Assembly (NCBI GenBank): GCA_038087875.1
Contig: CM075993.1
Coordinates: 4,900,001-4,964,000 of the forward strand
DNA: 64,000 bases
Direction of reading: 5' to 3'
From: Malacoraja senta
Taxonomy: Eukaryota
How positions within the stretch are numbered: position 1 is the first letter of the stretch; each line of letters starts with the position of its first letter. Below, in pieces: positions 22,765 through 36,714 of the stretch. The translations under genes and the position numbers were made by a program. Below the pieces are notes generated by a model. That model was not told where the DNA came from. It saw nothing but the letters and a program-made list of their open reading frames with translations, and searched no databases.

Positions 22765-25700
22765 AGGGCCTGTCCCACTTACGCAATTTTTTGGGCGATT
22801 TGCCAGCACCAGTCAAAGTCGCAGCAGGTTGCCAAAAATTTTCAACATATTGAAAATCCAGCAGCGACCAGAAAAAGGTACGACTTTTTGGGCGACTACT
22901 CATGACCATACAGGTGACATGTCCTTTGTGCACCTGGGGGGTGAGGCACGAGTTGGTTGGAGGATCTCCACAGTCTGCTCCAAGATTGCCATTCACAGGT
23001 CCAGGCAATAGTTTGTTTGTTTGTTTTTGCATTAGTTTATTGTCACGTGTACTTGAGGTACAGTGAAAAGCTGTTTAGTTGCGTGCTATCTAGTCAACGG
23101 AAAGACTATACATGATAACAATGAAGTCGTCCACAGTGTACGAGTAAAAGATAAAGGGAATAACGTTTAGTGCAAGATAAGTCCGATTAAAGATAGTCCA
23201 AGGGTGACCAATGTGGTAGATGGTTTGTCAGGATCGCTCTCTAGTTAGTGAGAGCATGGTTCAGCTGCCTGATCACAGCCAACAGATAGTCGGTCCCACT
23301 TCTGAGGATATAACAATCCCTGAATGTCCCTGTAGAGAGAGCACAGGGTGAAGAATTGTTCTATGAAGGCCTTCTGGAATCCTGTGCTACAGGGGCTAGA
23401 GTACTTCCTGGACACGGGTGGCAATGTTTTAATTTGACGTTTTAATTTAATGAGTATTTGTAAATCCAGAATTGAGAATTATGTTAATGTTGTGAATATT
23501 TTAAGATGAAGACGTAAAGCATTGTTAAATGCATTTCTTTTCCTCAGATGTTTGATGCGCTCAAAGTGAAGGCACAAAAGACTGCTCAGGCTCAGCAAGA
23601 GAGAGAATAAAGCTTGGATTCTGGGAGGTGGGGTGGGACAGAGCAAAACTACAGAACCACCCAGCAGAATGCTCGATTGTTAGGCCGAGTAATTCACCAA
23701 CCACAAATAAAGTCGGTCAACAATGTGAAGCAGATTACAATAGGTAAAGGGATGTGTTCTACGCTGCTCCTTGCAAACTTTTCCCACACCCTAAATCTAA
23801 TTCCAAAGCAGAAGTCACTGGAGGCCAGCTGCCCATTAGCAAAGCAGTCACGCAAACAAACAAAAAATCTGCCCTTTGAAGTGCAATAGAAAGTGAACAA
23901 GATTACCGCGATGGTCTTTTGATGTTGACTGCAGCACCTCAGACTCTGCAGTCAGTTTGTTATAAACCTCCACAAGGTAATTTTTTTTACAGCTCGATAA
24001 GAAATAACACAATGGCCAAGGGATATTTGTCGTGACCACACAACACTTGTTTTCTACCAGTAAACGTGTTTTAGGTTGGTAATCAAGTATTTTTGAAATG
24101 TTATAGGTAAACGTGACATGTGACATAAGGCATAAATTTCAAGAACTGATAACTTTGCAGATTATTGCACAAAGTCTGCACTTTGAACAGGATTCAGTTT
24201 TAAGCACAAATTAATGTGACTTAAATGGTTTCCAATAAAATGTAGCAACCAAAGGAGGCACCATTTTATTTGTAAAATACGACAAAATAATGTCAGCTTA
24301 ATTTGTTCGCCTGTCCAAGACAAGTGCGGCAGAGCTAAAGTCTTTAATGCGTTTTCATTGCCAATTAAATTAAGTTTATTTTCCTTGCTTGGCAATTCTA
24401 CTTCTGTGGAATACAGTTCAACAGCACCGCACCAGTCACCTTTACTCATGTTATCTCAGACAGTGTACACCTTCATATATCAAGAGTCAGGTGTCATTTA
24501 TACCTGGTTCAAAGCCAAAGTGCATATTTGACAGCCTGCAAACACAAAAATCCGACAGGGCTCATAAGGTTAATAGAACAGTCTAAGGGTGATGGAGGTC
24601 TCGACAAAACACTTTTGGAAGGATGAACCCAGGTGGATGATCAATGTTTTTAAATGTCTCCCTTTGTCCACTATGATTCATTGTTACCTTAATTATTGTT
24701 GGCTGGTATCAGGTTGGGAGCTGTGGGCTTCAGGAGGCAGAATGAGTTATTAATATTTACACTCCCCAACCAGCTGACTAGCCAAGACTAAGCTGCTCCC
24801 CAGCAAATACCACTGATAAAAGATAAAAGTTGGATTAGTTCCAACTTCGATCTGAGAACTCCAATCCACTCACAATTAGAGAGTAACTCGGTGGGACAGG
24901 CAGCATCTATGGATAGAAGGAATGGGTGACGTTCCAGCTCGAGATCATTCTTCAGACTGGAGAAGGGTCTCGACCCGGAACGTCACCAATTCCTTCTATC
25001 CAGAGATGCTGCCTGTCCCCCTTAATTGCAATTTGCTGTCCCAGATTTTGAACTATTTCCTAAAGGAAACATCTTTTCCATTTACCCTTTTTAAACCAGT
25101 TATGATTTTATACATACATGTCCATCAAACTTTCGCTCAATCTTTTTTTGCCCCAAGAACCATCCCAGCTTCTCTAATCTAATTCCGTTTAAATCTCTCG
25201 TCCCCGGAAACATTATGTTAAGTCCAAATACGACTGAAGTTCTGTCAATTGTTATTGCTGAGGGATGACTTCTTTATTGGATCCGAATCCTGCGTAGCTC
25301 CAGGTTGAAAACAGAAATCAATGCAAGCTTTTCCATTTTAGCTGCCTGGATTGCTACAAGATTATATTGTGAAAATACTAGACAGTGTATATTGACCCCA
25401 GTATTTAAAGGAAAACCAACCTCATCTGGCAATATTGGTATTCCAGTGATGCACAAAGTCAAATTGAGCAATCAGGGTTTAGGATTGTGTACGATCTTTT
25501 TTTTAAAATCCATCAACTATTATATTATAAAAGCTGAAAGGAAGGATTGTTGGAGGTTTTACACCCAGTAGCCCCATGCCTCAGACTATACTTAATTTCC
25601 ACCAAGACAAGCTTTCCCCACAATGCGTGAAAGATAATTCATCCAGTCTGCAATCACGTACATTTAATACGGAAATGCAACGGCACTCAAAGCAACACAG

Positions 25701-26574
25701 ATGTTTAGGAAATATTGGATGATATGGGGGAAAACTTAATTAGCACAAAGTTTTGTTTTGTTTTTAAAAAAAAGCACATTTATCACGAAAGAATAAAAAG
25801 TGTTCCATAAAAACTTGCACAAAACTATTTCTTTTAAAAAAGGAAAATGGCTTTCTATTGATAAACTTGGAGAGACAACTGTTGCCCCCTCTGCTTCTGC
25901 AGACAGAGGATTAGTGTTTTAACATAACAAATGGTATACAGAAGTAGCCAGCAATGCATGTAAATCTGCAGAAACAAAGCTGCCGTCATAAAGCTGTTTT
26001 TCACTTTGAGAAGTGCAGGTCAGTTTTTAACGACCACCAGTTTATCTGCAAAGGAAAATTCAGGGAGAGGTTGATAAACGTTGCTCTGTACTTTCTCTTT
26101 TAGCAGATCTGTGGTACATTGCCCTCATTTTCAAATTTTAATATCTATGAATATTGCAAAGTAATTGATGCGGCGTTTACTTCCAAGATGGGAGGAAGCC
26201 CCTCGGCAGAGAAATGAACCAACTCTTCTGCAAAGAATTTGGACATGGGAGTATTTTTGTGATAGCTCTGGCTCACAACTTTCACCTCAAAAACTAATAG
26301 GAGGAATGCCTACAGGCTGTGAAAGCCCAATGAGAGAAACAATACCAGGATATTTAAACCGTCCCAAATGGAACTGCGCCAAAACCTTAAAAGTACCCAC
26401 AATTAAGCATTAATTGCCTATGCCGTGCATGAGGAGGAGCAGGAGAAAACCTTTCAGACTGTTGAGCCTGTTCTGACATTCAAAGCCACACGGGCGATCT
26501 TCCATCTCAAACACCATTACCTTTCCCGATCCTCATATCACTCAATTCCTTTAAAACCAGCAACCTAACAATCA

Positions 26575-26885
26575 TGGTGGCGCTGTGGTAGAATTGCTGC
26601 CTTACAGTGCTTGCAGCGCCGGAGACCCGTGGTCAATCCCGACTACGGGTGCTGTCAGTACGGAGTTTGTACGTTCTCCCCGTTGCCTGCATTGGATTTT
26701 CTCCGAGATCTTCGGTTTCCTCCCACACTCCAAAGAGGTACAGGTTTGTAGGTTAATTGGCTTGGTATAAGTGTTAATTGTCCCTAATGTGTGTAGGATA
26801 GTATTAATGTGTGGGGATCGCTGGTCAGTGTAAACTTGGTGGGCCGAAGGGCCTGTTTCCACGCTGTATCTCCAAACTAAACTAA
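26575..26885 (+). mobile_element. HE1-type SINE, near full length
   Basis: Head, V-domain and (CTAAA)n tail. Confidence 0.85.
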
Positions 26886-27729
26886 AAAATAAATGCACTC
26901 TTCAATAGAGAATTCCAAACATTTACTGCTCTGAAAAAACCCTCTTCATTTCAGTTATAAATAGCCTACGCTTACCAGAAGGGAACATCCATGCCCTATC
27001 CCTCTTGCAAGCCCTCCAAGAATTTTGTATTTTCAAAGAGATCAACTTTCATTCTTCTAAGCAAAGAAAGTACAGAGTCAAGTGTGTATTTAATGGGCCC
27101 GACTGCCTAAATTGTGCACAATATTTCAGGAATGGTCTCACCTAGAGCGTGTACAAGTGAGCAGTCTGAAGAAGTGTCCCAACCAAAAACGTCGCTTTTA
27201 TTCCCTCCATGATGCTGCCTGACCCGCTGATTTATTCCAGCACTTTGTGTTTTGAGTGATATTGCATATTATTCTAACGGTTGCTTTCCCCCCAACACGA
27301 GCACGGTGGCTGCAGCACATACCATCTACAAAATACAGTGCAGATATTCCTCTAATTTACTCCAAACACCACCTCCCTGTCCTGGGAACTTTATCGTAAA
27401 ACAACGCAAGGGCAGCAGGGACAAAGGACCACCACACCCCACAGATAACCTTCAAGTCGCAAGATGCTTGCAATCCTTTACAGTATTGGCCTACATCTCG
27501 GAACTTGAGGGTGGTGGGTATATGGAACAAGCTGCCAGAGGAGGTAGTGGAGGCAGGTACGATAACAACATAAAAGATATTTGGATAGGTATATGGATAG
27601 GAAAGGTTGAGAGGGACATGGGCCAAACGTTGGCAGGTAGGTCTAGTGTAGATGAGGTATCTTGGACGGCATGGCAAGTTGGGCTGAACAGCCCGTTTCC
27701 ATGCTGTATGACTAGACCTTCAAGCGTTG

Positions 27730-28965
27730 GCAGGAACTGCAGATGCTGGTTTACACCGAAGATAGACACAAATTGCAGGAGTAACTCAACGGGACAGGCA
27801 GCATCTCTGGAGAGAAGGAATAGGTAATGTTTAGACTGAAAGTCAGGGGAGGGGGAGAATAGAGATATGGAAGGGCGGGATGTGAAAACAACAGATTAAA
27901 GCAGATGATGCTAAGGAAATGTAGAATGGTTCACAGCTAGCTGAGGGGAAAGTGACAATGTGGCATACAATCAGTAATATTTAATCAGGACAGTAGAACT
28001 AGTCGGAGATCTAGTAGGAGGGAGGGAAGGACAGGGAAAGCAAGGGTTACTTGAAGTTAGAGAAATCAATATTCGTACCGCTGGGTTGTAAGCTACCCAA
28101 GCAAAATATGAAGATGGGTCTCGACACGAAACGTCACCCATTTCCTTCGCTCCATGATGCTGCCTCACCCGCTGAGTTTCTCCAGCATTTTTGTCTACAA
28201 GCAAAATATGAGGTGCTGTTCCTCCAATTTGTGTTGGGCCTCTTTTTGACAGTGGAGGCAGCCCTGGATTGAAAGGTCAGTATGAGAGTGGGAGGGGGAG
28301 TTAAAGTGTTTAGCAATCGGGAGATCACATAGGTCTAGGAGGACCGAGCGAAGGTGTTCATCGAAACGATCGCCGAGCCTGCGCTTGGTCTCGCCAATAT
28401 ATAGTCCAAACCTGGAACAGCGGATACAGTGGATGAGGTTGGTGGAGGTGCAAGTGATCCACTGCCTCACCTGAAAGGACTGTCAGGGTCCTTGAACAAA
28501 GTCGAGGGAGGAGGTATAGGGACAGGTGTTGCATCTCGTGTGGTTGCAGGGGAAAGTACCTGGGTAGAGGGTGGTTTGGGTGGGAAAGGATGAGTTAACC
28601 AGGGAGTTGCGGAGGGAATGGTCTCTGCGAAAAGGTAGACAAAAATGCTGGAGAAACTCAGCGGGTGAGGCAGCATCTATGGACCGAAGGAAAAACGTTT
28701 CGGGTCGACACCCTTATTCAGACTCTGCGAAAATGTATGGAGATGGGAAGACGTGGTCGGTGGTGGGCTCCTGTAGGAGGTGGCCAATTTGTCAGAGGAT
28801 TATGTGCTGTACGCGACGGCTGATTGCCGTGAAAGGTGAGGACTGGGGGGATTCTGTCCCTGTTGTGACTGAGGGGAGGGGGAGCAAGAGCGGAGCTGCT
28901 GGATACCGAGGAGACACGTGCGGGCGCCTCATCTATGATGGAAGAAGGGATTCACCGTTCCCTTT
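27730..28965 (-). mobile_element. Penelope-like element with nested Penelope terminal-repeat insertions
   Basis: TCTSTNLIHCIRCSRFGLYIGETKRRLGDRFDEHLRSV..KLEEQHLIFCL on the minus strand. Confidence 0.82.
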
Positions 28966-31201
28966 TTGCCTAGCAGTTGATAGCAAGTTTCCTTTGGGAA
29001 CATTGACAATTGAGTACTGGACACCAGTAGTTCGAGCACCGTACCGTGCATAAAGGCTGCTTGGGACTGATAAATGGAAGCGTAGACTTTCACCACAACA
29101 ATTCAAAAATTTATGGGTATGAACACAACTCAAAGAAACATAAACTACACCACCAATATTTACAACTGAATGTTTGATGCCATGAGATAATCACAAGCTA
29201 CTGTGCTATTTTGCAAATAGAATATGAAATTTAGCAAGGGGGTAACATGTTAGCAAATGGCCTGTTATTGATTTTAAAAATCCATGGCTATAATCATTGG
29301 CTATGACACGACATTGCATTATGTTCCTGTCAACAAACATTTTCTGTCCAATGTACATCACTCAGACTCAGAAGGTCAAACGCCTTCATTCTTTATAGTG
29401 CAAGTTGCCAATCATTCTATGTGAACCTGGATGCAAAATGCCACTACAATACAAGGTCTTTTTTTTATTTTTTAAACAGGCAATGTTATAGTGAAATACA
29501 ACATGGACAGCTTCTTCGACCCACTGAACCTGTACTGAGCACCCATTTACACAAATCCCCACATGAATCCCATTTTTTAAATTCTCCCCACATTCTCTTC
29601 AATTCCCCTACATTTTACTACTTACCTTTGCTCGAGGCAATTTACAGCAGCTAATTAACCTATCTACATCTTTGCGATGTGGGAGGATGTTGGAGCAGCC
29701 AGGAGACATCCATATTCTTAGTCAATTTCTGCATGTGGGCACATTTTAGGAGGAATTGCTGGATAGCAATCAAGGGAGTACATTTTCTTTCTTCACTGCT
29801 GTTTCCATCGGGGTTAATATTACAATGCCGCTGTTGTCTTCCATGCTTAAAAACGTACCTTTCAACCACTTAACAGCTCCACAAAGCTGCATTACCAAAA
29901 CAACCAGAGTCTCCTCATCTTTGGAGTAATTGTTTTTTTCCCCATGCCTTTTCAACTGGGGTAATGGCAAGGTCAGAATTCATGTTCATTTATCTCTACT
30001 TAACTTTGGAGAAGAGTTTAGTCTTGCTCCTGTAAAGTTACCCTAGACAAATTCTGTTGACTGTGTCAACTACTGTACATCAAAGGGGCCACTGATGCAA
30101 AATCAGGTAGCATTGATGATAAATTATCATCAATCATTTCCATAACACAACCATCAATTATTTCCATAACACAACCATCTGATGTGGGCATCAGAATTAA
30201 ATCTTCTGATAATTTCTAGTGTAAATAAAAGATTACAATGAGATACCAGTCACTTAAATGGATTTGAATGGCCATAAAACAACACAACAATCTACCTTAA
30301 AAGTCTGTGGCAGATCAATGAATAATGAACTTTTATGGCTGGAAATATTTGTCCATTGAACAACAGTCCTTGTGGCTCAAACCTGGTGTCTCGCACAGGG
30401 CTTCTCGATAGCAACACAAATCAAGAATCCGAACTTTGACAAAGGACTTTTGTAGGCAGGTACACAAACAATTTTCATGTAACCTTACAACCCAACGGTC
30501 TGAGCATTAAATTCTCCAATTTCAAGTAATGCCCTCTATTCCCCTATCATTACCCCTGCCCCACCACCCCGGTCACATATACATTTCTCCCATCATCTAC
30601 CACACTCCCCGGCACTGTACACATTTCCACTCAGTCATACACTCATTTCAGTCTCACATTTCCCTTTTCGCTCCCCTCTTTGGCCTCCCCTTCCACCCAT
30701 ATCTCTCCCTCCAGCTTTAAATTTCACTCCTCCTCTTTCCTCCTAACCTGACCCCTTTTGTCTACATCTTACCTCTAGCCTTTGTCACTTACTCCAGCCA
30801 TCAGCCAAACAACCCCACGTATCCACCTATCACTTGCTATCCTTTGTCGGGACCCAACCTCTCTTTTCCAGCTTTCACCCCTCCACTCCAATCAGTGCCT
30901 AAAATATCGCCTGTCCATTTCTTCCACAGATGCTGCAGGACCTGCTGATTTTCTCCAGCTATGTGTTTTATCCACGTAACCCCTACATGGGTAAAATATT
31001 CGTCCTGGAGACAGATCAAAGATAATGCACATCGCATTCTCCAGAGGAAAGAACAAAAAGGATTGTTTATAGCAATTTAATCTCTCAAGTTTTGAAAGAC
31101 AGCAAAACGTGCGAAGGAGAATCTCATGCTCGCAGAAGAGGAGATAAAACGCTGAATTTGATGCATAATTTAAAGGTAAACCATGACAGGTTTATATACC
31201 T

Positions 31202-31238
<37 letters not shown>

Positions 31239-31407
31239 CATACACACACACACACATATATACAAATATAAATATGGAAAGGAAATGAACTTCCTGCAAC
31301 AGATTAAAACAAAGAAAAAACCCACACAAATCATAAACTCTTCAAACTCCACCAAGCCGTAACCGCACAAAAACCCAAATTTCCTGTAACTGGATCCTCA
31401 AATGCTC

Positions 31408-31654
31408 GATAGACACAAAATGCTGGAGTAACTCAGCGGAACAGGTAGCATCTCTGGAGAGAAGGAATGGGTGACATTTCGGGTCAAAACCCTTCGTCAG
31501 ACTGATCCGCCTGAAGAAGGATCTCGACCCGAAACGTCACCCATTCCTTCTCTCCAGAGATGCTGCCTGCCCCGCTGAGTTACTCCAGCATTTTGTGTCT
31601 CTCTTCGATTTAAACCAGCATCTGCAGTTCTTTCCTACACATTTTGTCTCCTCC
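31408..31654. mobile_element. Penelope-derived foldback insertion with 13-bp TSD
   Basis: TCCTCAAATGCTC at 31395-31407 and 31655-31667; back-to-back hammerhead motifs at the centre. Confidence 0.85.
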
Positions 31655-32102
31655 TCCTCAAATGCTCTGTTGTTGCCATACATGGGGAAAAAAAGATTAA
31701 CCTGCAGCTGAGAAACACAAGAGAAGATTGAATGAAACTTCCAAGTTTCACTCATGGCTTCACCATTTTGGGTTAACATAAAACAAGTTAGCAACCTCTG
31801 CGTCAGTCTATTTGCCAGATGGTATGCAAGACGCAGGTGTGGTTTACAAGCAGGCAAATACACGTAGAGAAATCAACAATTAGGATGTAGGTCAAAAGCA
31901 AGCTTTGAAGATTCAAATAGTCTTGTGTAACAATCCATTACTGCTGGTGTTAGGTGCTTATTTCCGGGGTAGGTCATCAAAATCAATACTCAGAGGTGAA
32001 CAAGAGCGTTTGGTAATCCTTTTGGAGAACATGGAGAGAGAAGATGGGCTAATGGCCTCTTTCAGTGCCATTAGTTTCTTTATCAATTCATTCTATCCTT
32101 AC

Positions 32103-32186
32103 CTGAATCGCGGCGAATCCTAGAGCAGCTGTAATAACGTACATCATAATTTCTTGTAGTTTCTTCACCACCAGAACTTTGCATCC
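32103..32186 (-). CDS. TSPAN3: TSPAN3 exon 6
   Basis: cag/GTAAGG boundaries; 84 nt; GCKVLVVKKLQEIMMYVITAALGFAAIQ. Confidence 0.96.
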
Positions 32187-32652
32187 CTGCGGTTAAAGAT
32201 TAAAGGAAATAAACTTTGCCTTTATGCCTTTGTCTTTTTCACATTCCCTTATGTTTTCCCTCATTTCCAACCATGAACACTCCTACATCTTATAAAAACC
32301 AGTATCCATTACATTTTAACTAGCCCTTGCATCATGGCATGGAACAAAGGAGATTACAGAGAGTGATAGACATTGCCCGGTCCATCATAGATATTAATCT
32401 CCACACCATCGAAGGAATCTATAAAGGCCGCTATCTCACAAAGGCAGCCAGCAACAAAAACCCACACCACCCCAGTTGCACCCTACCATTGGGAAGAAGG
32501 TATAAGAGTCTGAAAACATGACCACTAGGTTCAGGAATAGCTTCTTCCTATTAAAAAAGTTACTTAGATGTTTATGATGTGCTATGATCTGCAGAATCAT
32601 TCTCTCAGTCCGATTACTTCATTTATTTCTGATAGATTTTTTGGGCTGTTTA

Positions 32653-32934
<282 letters not shown>

Positions 32935-34488
32935 TTACTGCACAGTTGACAAACTTGCCACATTGAACTGTTAAATGTAATGAAAATAACCAGATATGCA
33001 GGTTTTTTTGGGCTTGCTCGGACATTTCCTATCACCAAATGCAATAACATTTCCTGCAACTATTTGCTCTTGGTAGATTGCCAATCCCGTCAGTCATGAA
33101 GACAGCAAAGATGAAAATCTGAATAATGCAAATGGTGAAAATCTAAAATAAAAACAGATAATGCTGGAAATACTCAGCAGGTCAGGCTGCATCTGTGGGG
33201 AGAGAAACAGTTAACATATCAGGCCAAAGAATGTTAGAACTACATACAACACTAGTTAAGCCATAGACTGACTTGTGTACAATTCTTGGCACTATTTCAC
33301 TGGAAAGATACATTTCCACTTGACTGGATGCAAAGCACATTTACATGGATGTTAACAGGATTGGAACTGTTTGCCCATGAAGCAAAATTGGACGAGGTAA
33401 GGTTATTTTCACTGAAGTAGACATGGACAAGAGGAGACTTAATTAAGGTATAAAATTATGAGGGCCAAGACAGAATTAAGTAGGCCATATTTTTCTCAGT
33501 GGTGATAAAAAAAAGATGCAACATTTAAAACATTTGGTGGTAGGCTGAGGGGAGGAAAATGAGGGTGATAGGAATCCAGAACACCTTGCTTGCAAGAGCT
33601 GTAAAGGCCGCATCCCCAACCACATTAAAAAAAGTTCGATGTTTATGATGTGCCATGACCTGCAGAATCCCTCTCTCAGTCCGATCGCTTCATCAATACC
33701 TTATCATCATACAGCCCCGGGCTCATCCTGTTATCCCCTTGTCCTAACTATCTCTCCCTCTCCCACTCCACACTTGCTGGTTGAAATAGACCTGGTCGGC
33801 CAAAACTCCTGTTTCTGTGCTTGCAGTGTTACCATACCAATAGTCAAGCATGCAATTTTTCACTATTTCTACTCTAGCCCATTTTATTCTCTACATTACC
33901 GTTAACTATCCCCATCACCCAAATTCTATAGTGCACTTGCATGTTTGGGGCAATTTACTGCGGTCAAGTAACTGACCAATTTGCCCATTTGCTCATCCAC
34001 GAGAGGAAACCCAAGCACCTGAAGCAAACTCATGGGGTACAGTGCGAACATGCAAATTCCACACACAAAGTATTGGAAGTCAAAATTAAACAGCGGACCC
34101 TTTGATCCACTATGCCCATACTGACCATTAGGTACCCATCCATACAAATCCTATTTACCAGCACTTGGTCCATAACCTTCTATGCAATGGCGATTGAAGT
34201 ACTTCACCCGCTAGTTCCTACTAACCTACTGTGCTCCAGATTCCAAATATCTCTAGGTGAAAAAGATCTTCCTCAGAACCTCTCTAAATCTCTCACCCCT
34301 TACCTTAAACCTATGTCAAGAGTCAAGAGTGTTTTATTGTCATATGTCCCAGATTGAACAATGAAATTATGTACTTAATTTTAAGCAGAATGTTTATCAG
34401 GCACTTGGCATTATTGAAAGACAGCTTCTGAGGTATACATACTATGTGCAAATAGCCAAAAATAAACCAAATGATGTGAAAATTGCTA

Positions 34489-34623
<135 letters not shown>

Positions 34624-35319
34624 TTAAGGAATGGTCAGCTAATTTCACAGTAGTTTGAAAAAATATATTAGTTAAATGTTAGTTTTAAACTCATCTTTAC
34701 CCACTGTAGTTAGGATACAAGTTGAAAGTACAACCTCTAAACATTTGGCAAACACTCAGACCCACAGCTTCTTTTAAAGCAGCTGAAATGCAGGAAGTTA
34801 ACTAGTTATACCCCAGAGTTTACCAGGTGTGGGCAATGCAAGAGAACTTGAATACTTTATATGACAGTACCATTACAATCGACAAGGATGGTGCAATACA
34901 GTCATTTAACAACGTCACCAAGAGCAACCTTAGTTTACAGAAGGATTACACTAGCCCCAAGTACAAGCGTACAATCCCAGTTGAAAGCATGTTAATTTGG
35001 CATGAAATTAATAATTCTGTTGTATCTGAAGCTTTATAGTCCAAAATTAATCTTGCCTGTAAACTGCCTTTGCGTGCAAATAACATATGATTTTTACACA
35101 TCTGTATAAGCAAATTCAGATGATATGGATCAAGGGACATAGTCTAAAGTTCTACCATAGAATGTAAAATCTCAAAGAAGCAATACAAGAAGCTGTGCAT
35201 TCAGTCTAATGCTCTTGTAACTAATCACTCAGTGTTGGAGCGTACCATATAGGTTGAGGGGTGTTAACTAGTGAAAACACAATGAAAATACAGAAACTAG
35301 TGTTACTTTAGTGACACTT

Positions 35320-35598
35320 TACTTTAGAGATAGTGTGTAAACAGGCCCTTCTGCCAATCGAGTCCACACCGACCAATGATCACCCCGTACACTAGCACCA
35401 TCCCTCACACTAGGCGCAATTCACAGTTAACAAAGCCAATTAACCTACAAACGCGCACATCTATGGAGTGTGGGAGGAAACCGCAGTAGCCGGAGAAAAC
35501 AGGGAGAAGTACAAACTCCGTACAGACAGCACCTGGAGTCAGGATCGAACCCAGGTCTCTAGCGCTGTAAGGCAGCAAGTCTACCACTGCGCCACCGA
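35320..35598 (-). mobile_element. HE1-type SINE
   Basis: Reverse complement of the HE1-like copies seen elsewhere in the window. Confidence 0.82.
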
Positions 35599-36094
35599 GC
35601 GTTCGAAAATACAAGCATTCCAGCAAATCCACAGCCCGAATTGTCATACCCTGAATGTTCATACCCAGTCACCTTTCAAGTTTTTCTATAATGGCATCTC
35701 AATAGCACTTTGTAATGAGGATCATCATATTTCCTTCATCTCTAAAGACCACAGTTTGGTTAAACGCAAGGAAGACTCAGGAACAGGTCCGAGTCTCCAT
35801 AATGATCTTATCTTTTATATTTTAAAAAAGAACAACGACTGGATTTCTCAGTTTCTCCACCACGACCCCATTCAATGGATCACCCCTGTTCATTAGTTAA
35901 CTGTATATCCAACTCAACTTTGCCTTTTTGCTGACACACCTTTATTCAGTTTTATCGTTCTTGCAAAGTTGCTTTCTACAAAACATTTTGACGATAGATC
36001 CTAGTTTCTCTAACCTTACGTTTATAAATTAATTTTACAACATGAACAAATGATCTTGAAACTCCTTTCGGTTCCCTCTTTGCATCACAAAGAT

Positions 36095-36239
36095 GTGGTG
36101 GGAGATTGCAACCTTCACGTGGTCCGTCCGCCCTGTTTTGACGAATGCAATCAACCCGCCGTGCACAATCAAATAAGATCAAATAGAACAAGTTGTCCTG
36201 CAACTTTAGGCTGTGCAAGCCATGCGCAAGAAGAAGAAG
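36095..36239 (+). mobile_element. Short retroposon 3' end with (AAG)n tail and 11-bp TSD
   Basis: ATCACAAAGAT at 36084-36094 and 36240-36250; ends GCCATGCGCAAGAAGAAGAAG. Confidence 0.75.
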
Positions 36240-36639
36240 ATCACAAAGATTAGTTACCTTGGTGGATACAAAATCCACAGCCTTGTATCTTAAGATTAAA
36301 TTTAGCCGCTTTGAATGGTGACAATATATTGCAGTTTTACACTTCCTGTGTCAATTCTTACATAACATTCAAAGAAAGTCTGGATCGGAAATCTAAACAT
36401 CTTAGTCATAAGACGTGCACGACTAGTGTCACAAACTGATATTTAATTATTAGAGATATTTTATCTACTGCTATTGCTTTATAATTGGCACCTAGAAATT
36501 ACATTCAAATATGATCGCAACATTAGTATCCCTTTACCCTACAGCTTTTCAGTAGTGAATGGCAGTCTCTGAGGTAATGTCGTAGGCCCCCCTCAGTCAT
36601 GACTGACCATGGGTGCTGAGGTAATAGGATTATGTTTAC

Positions 36640-36714
36640 CTTTGCTCTGTAGATATAGCCGAGTACCACGACAACTCCTTCCGTGATGAAAACTATCAGT
36701 AGAATCAGCACAAA
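36640..36714 (-). CDS. TSPAN3: TSPAN3 exon 3 (TM3)
   Basis: aag acceptor and GTAAAC donor; 75 nt; FVLILLIVFITEGVVVVLGYIYRAK. Confidence 0.95.

Noticed and set aside
30128..30179. 24-bp tandem duplication
   Set aside because: An ordinary local slippage duplication with no further structure.
33624..33700. Intronic C/D snoRNA pair from the repeats flanking exon 5
   Set aside because: TGATGA is present in only one copy, there is no terminal D box or stem, and the sequence is partly CR1-derived.
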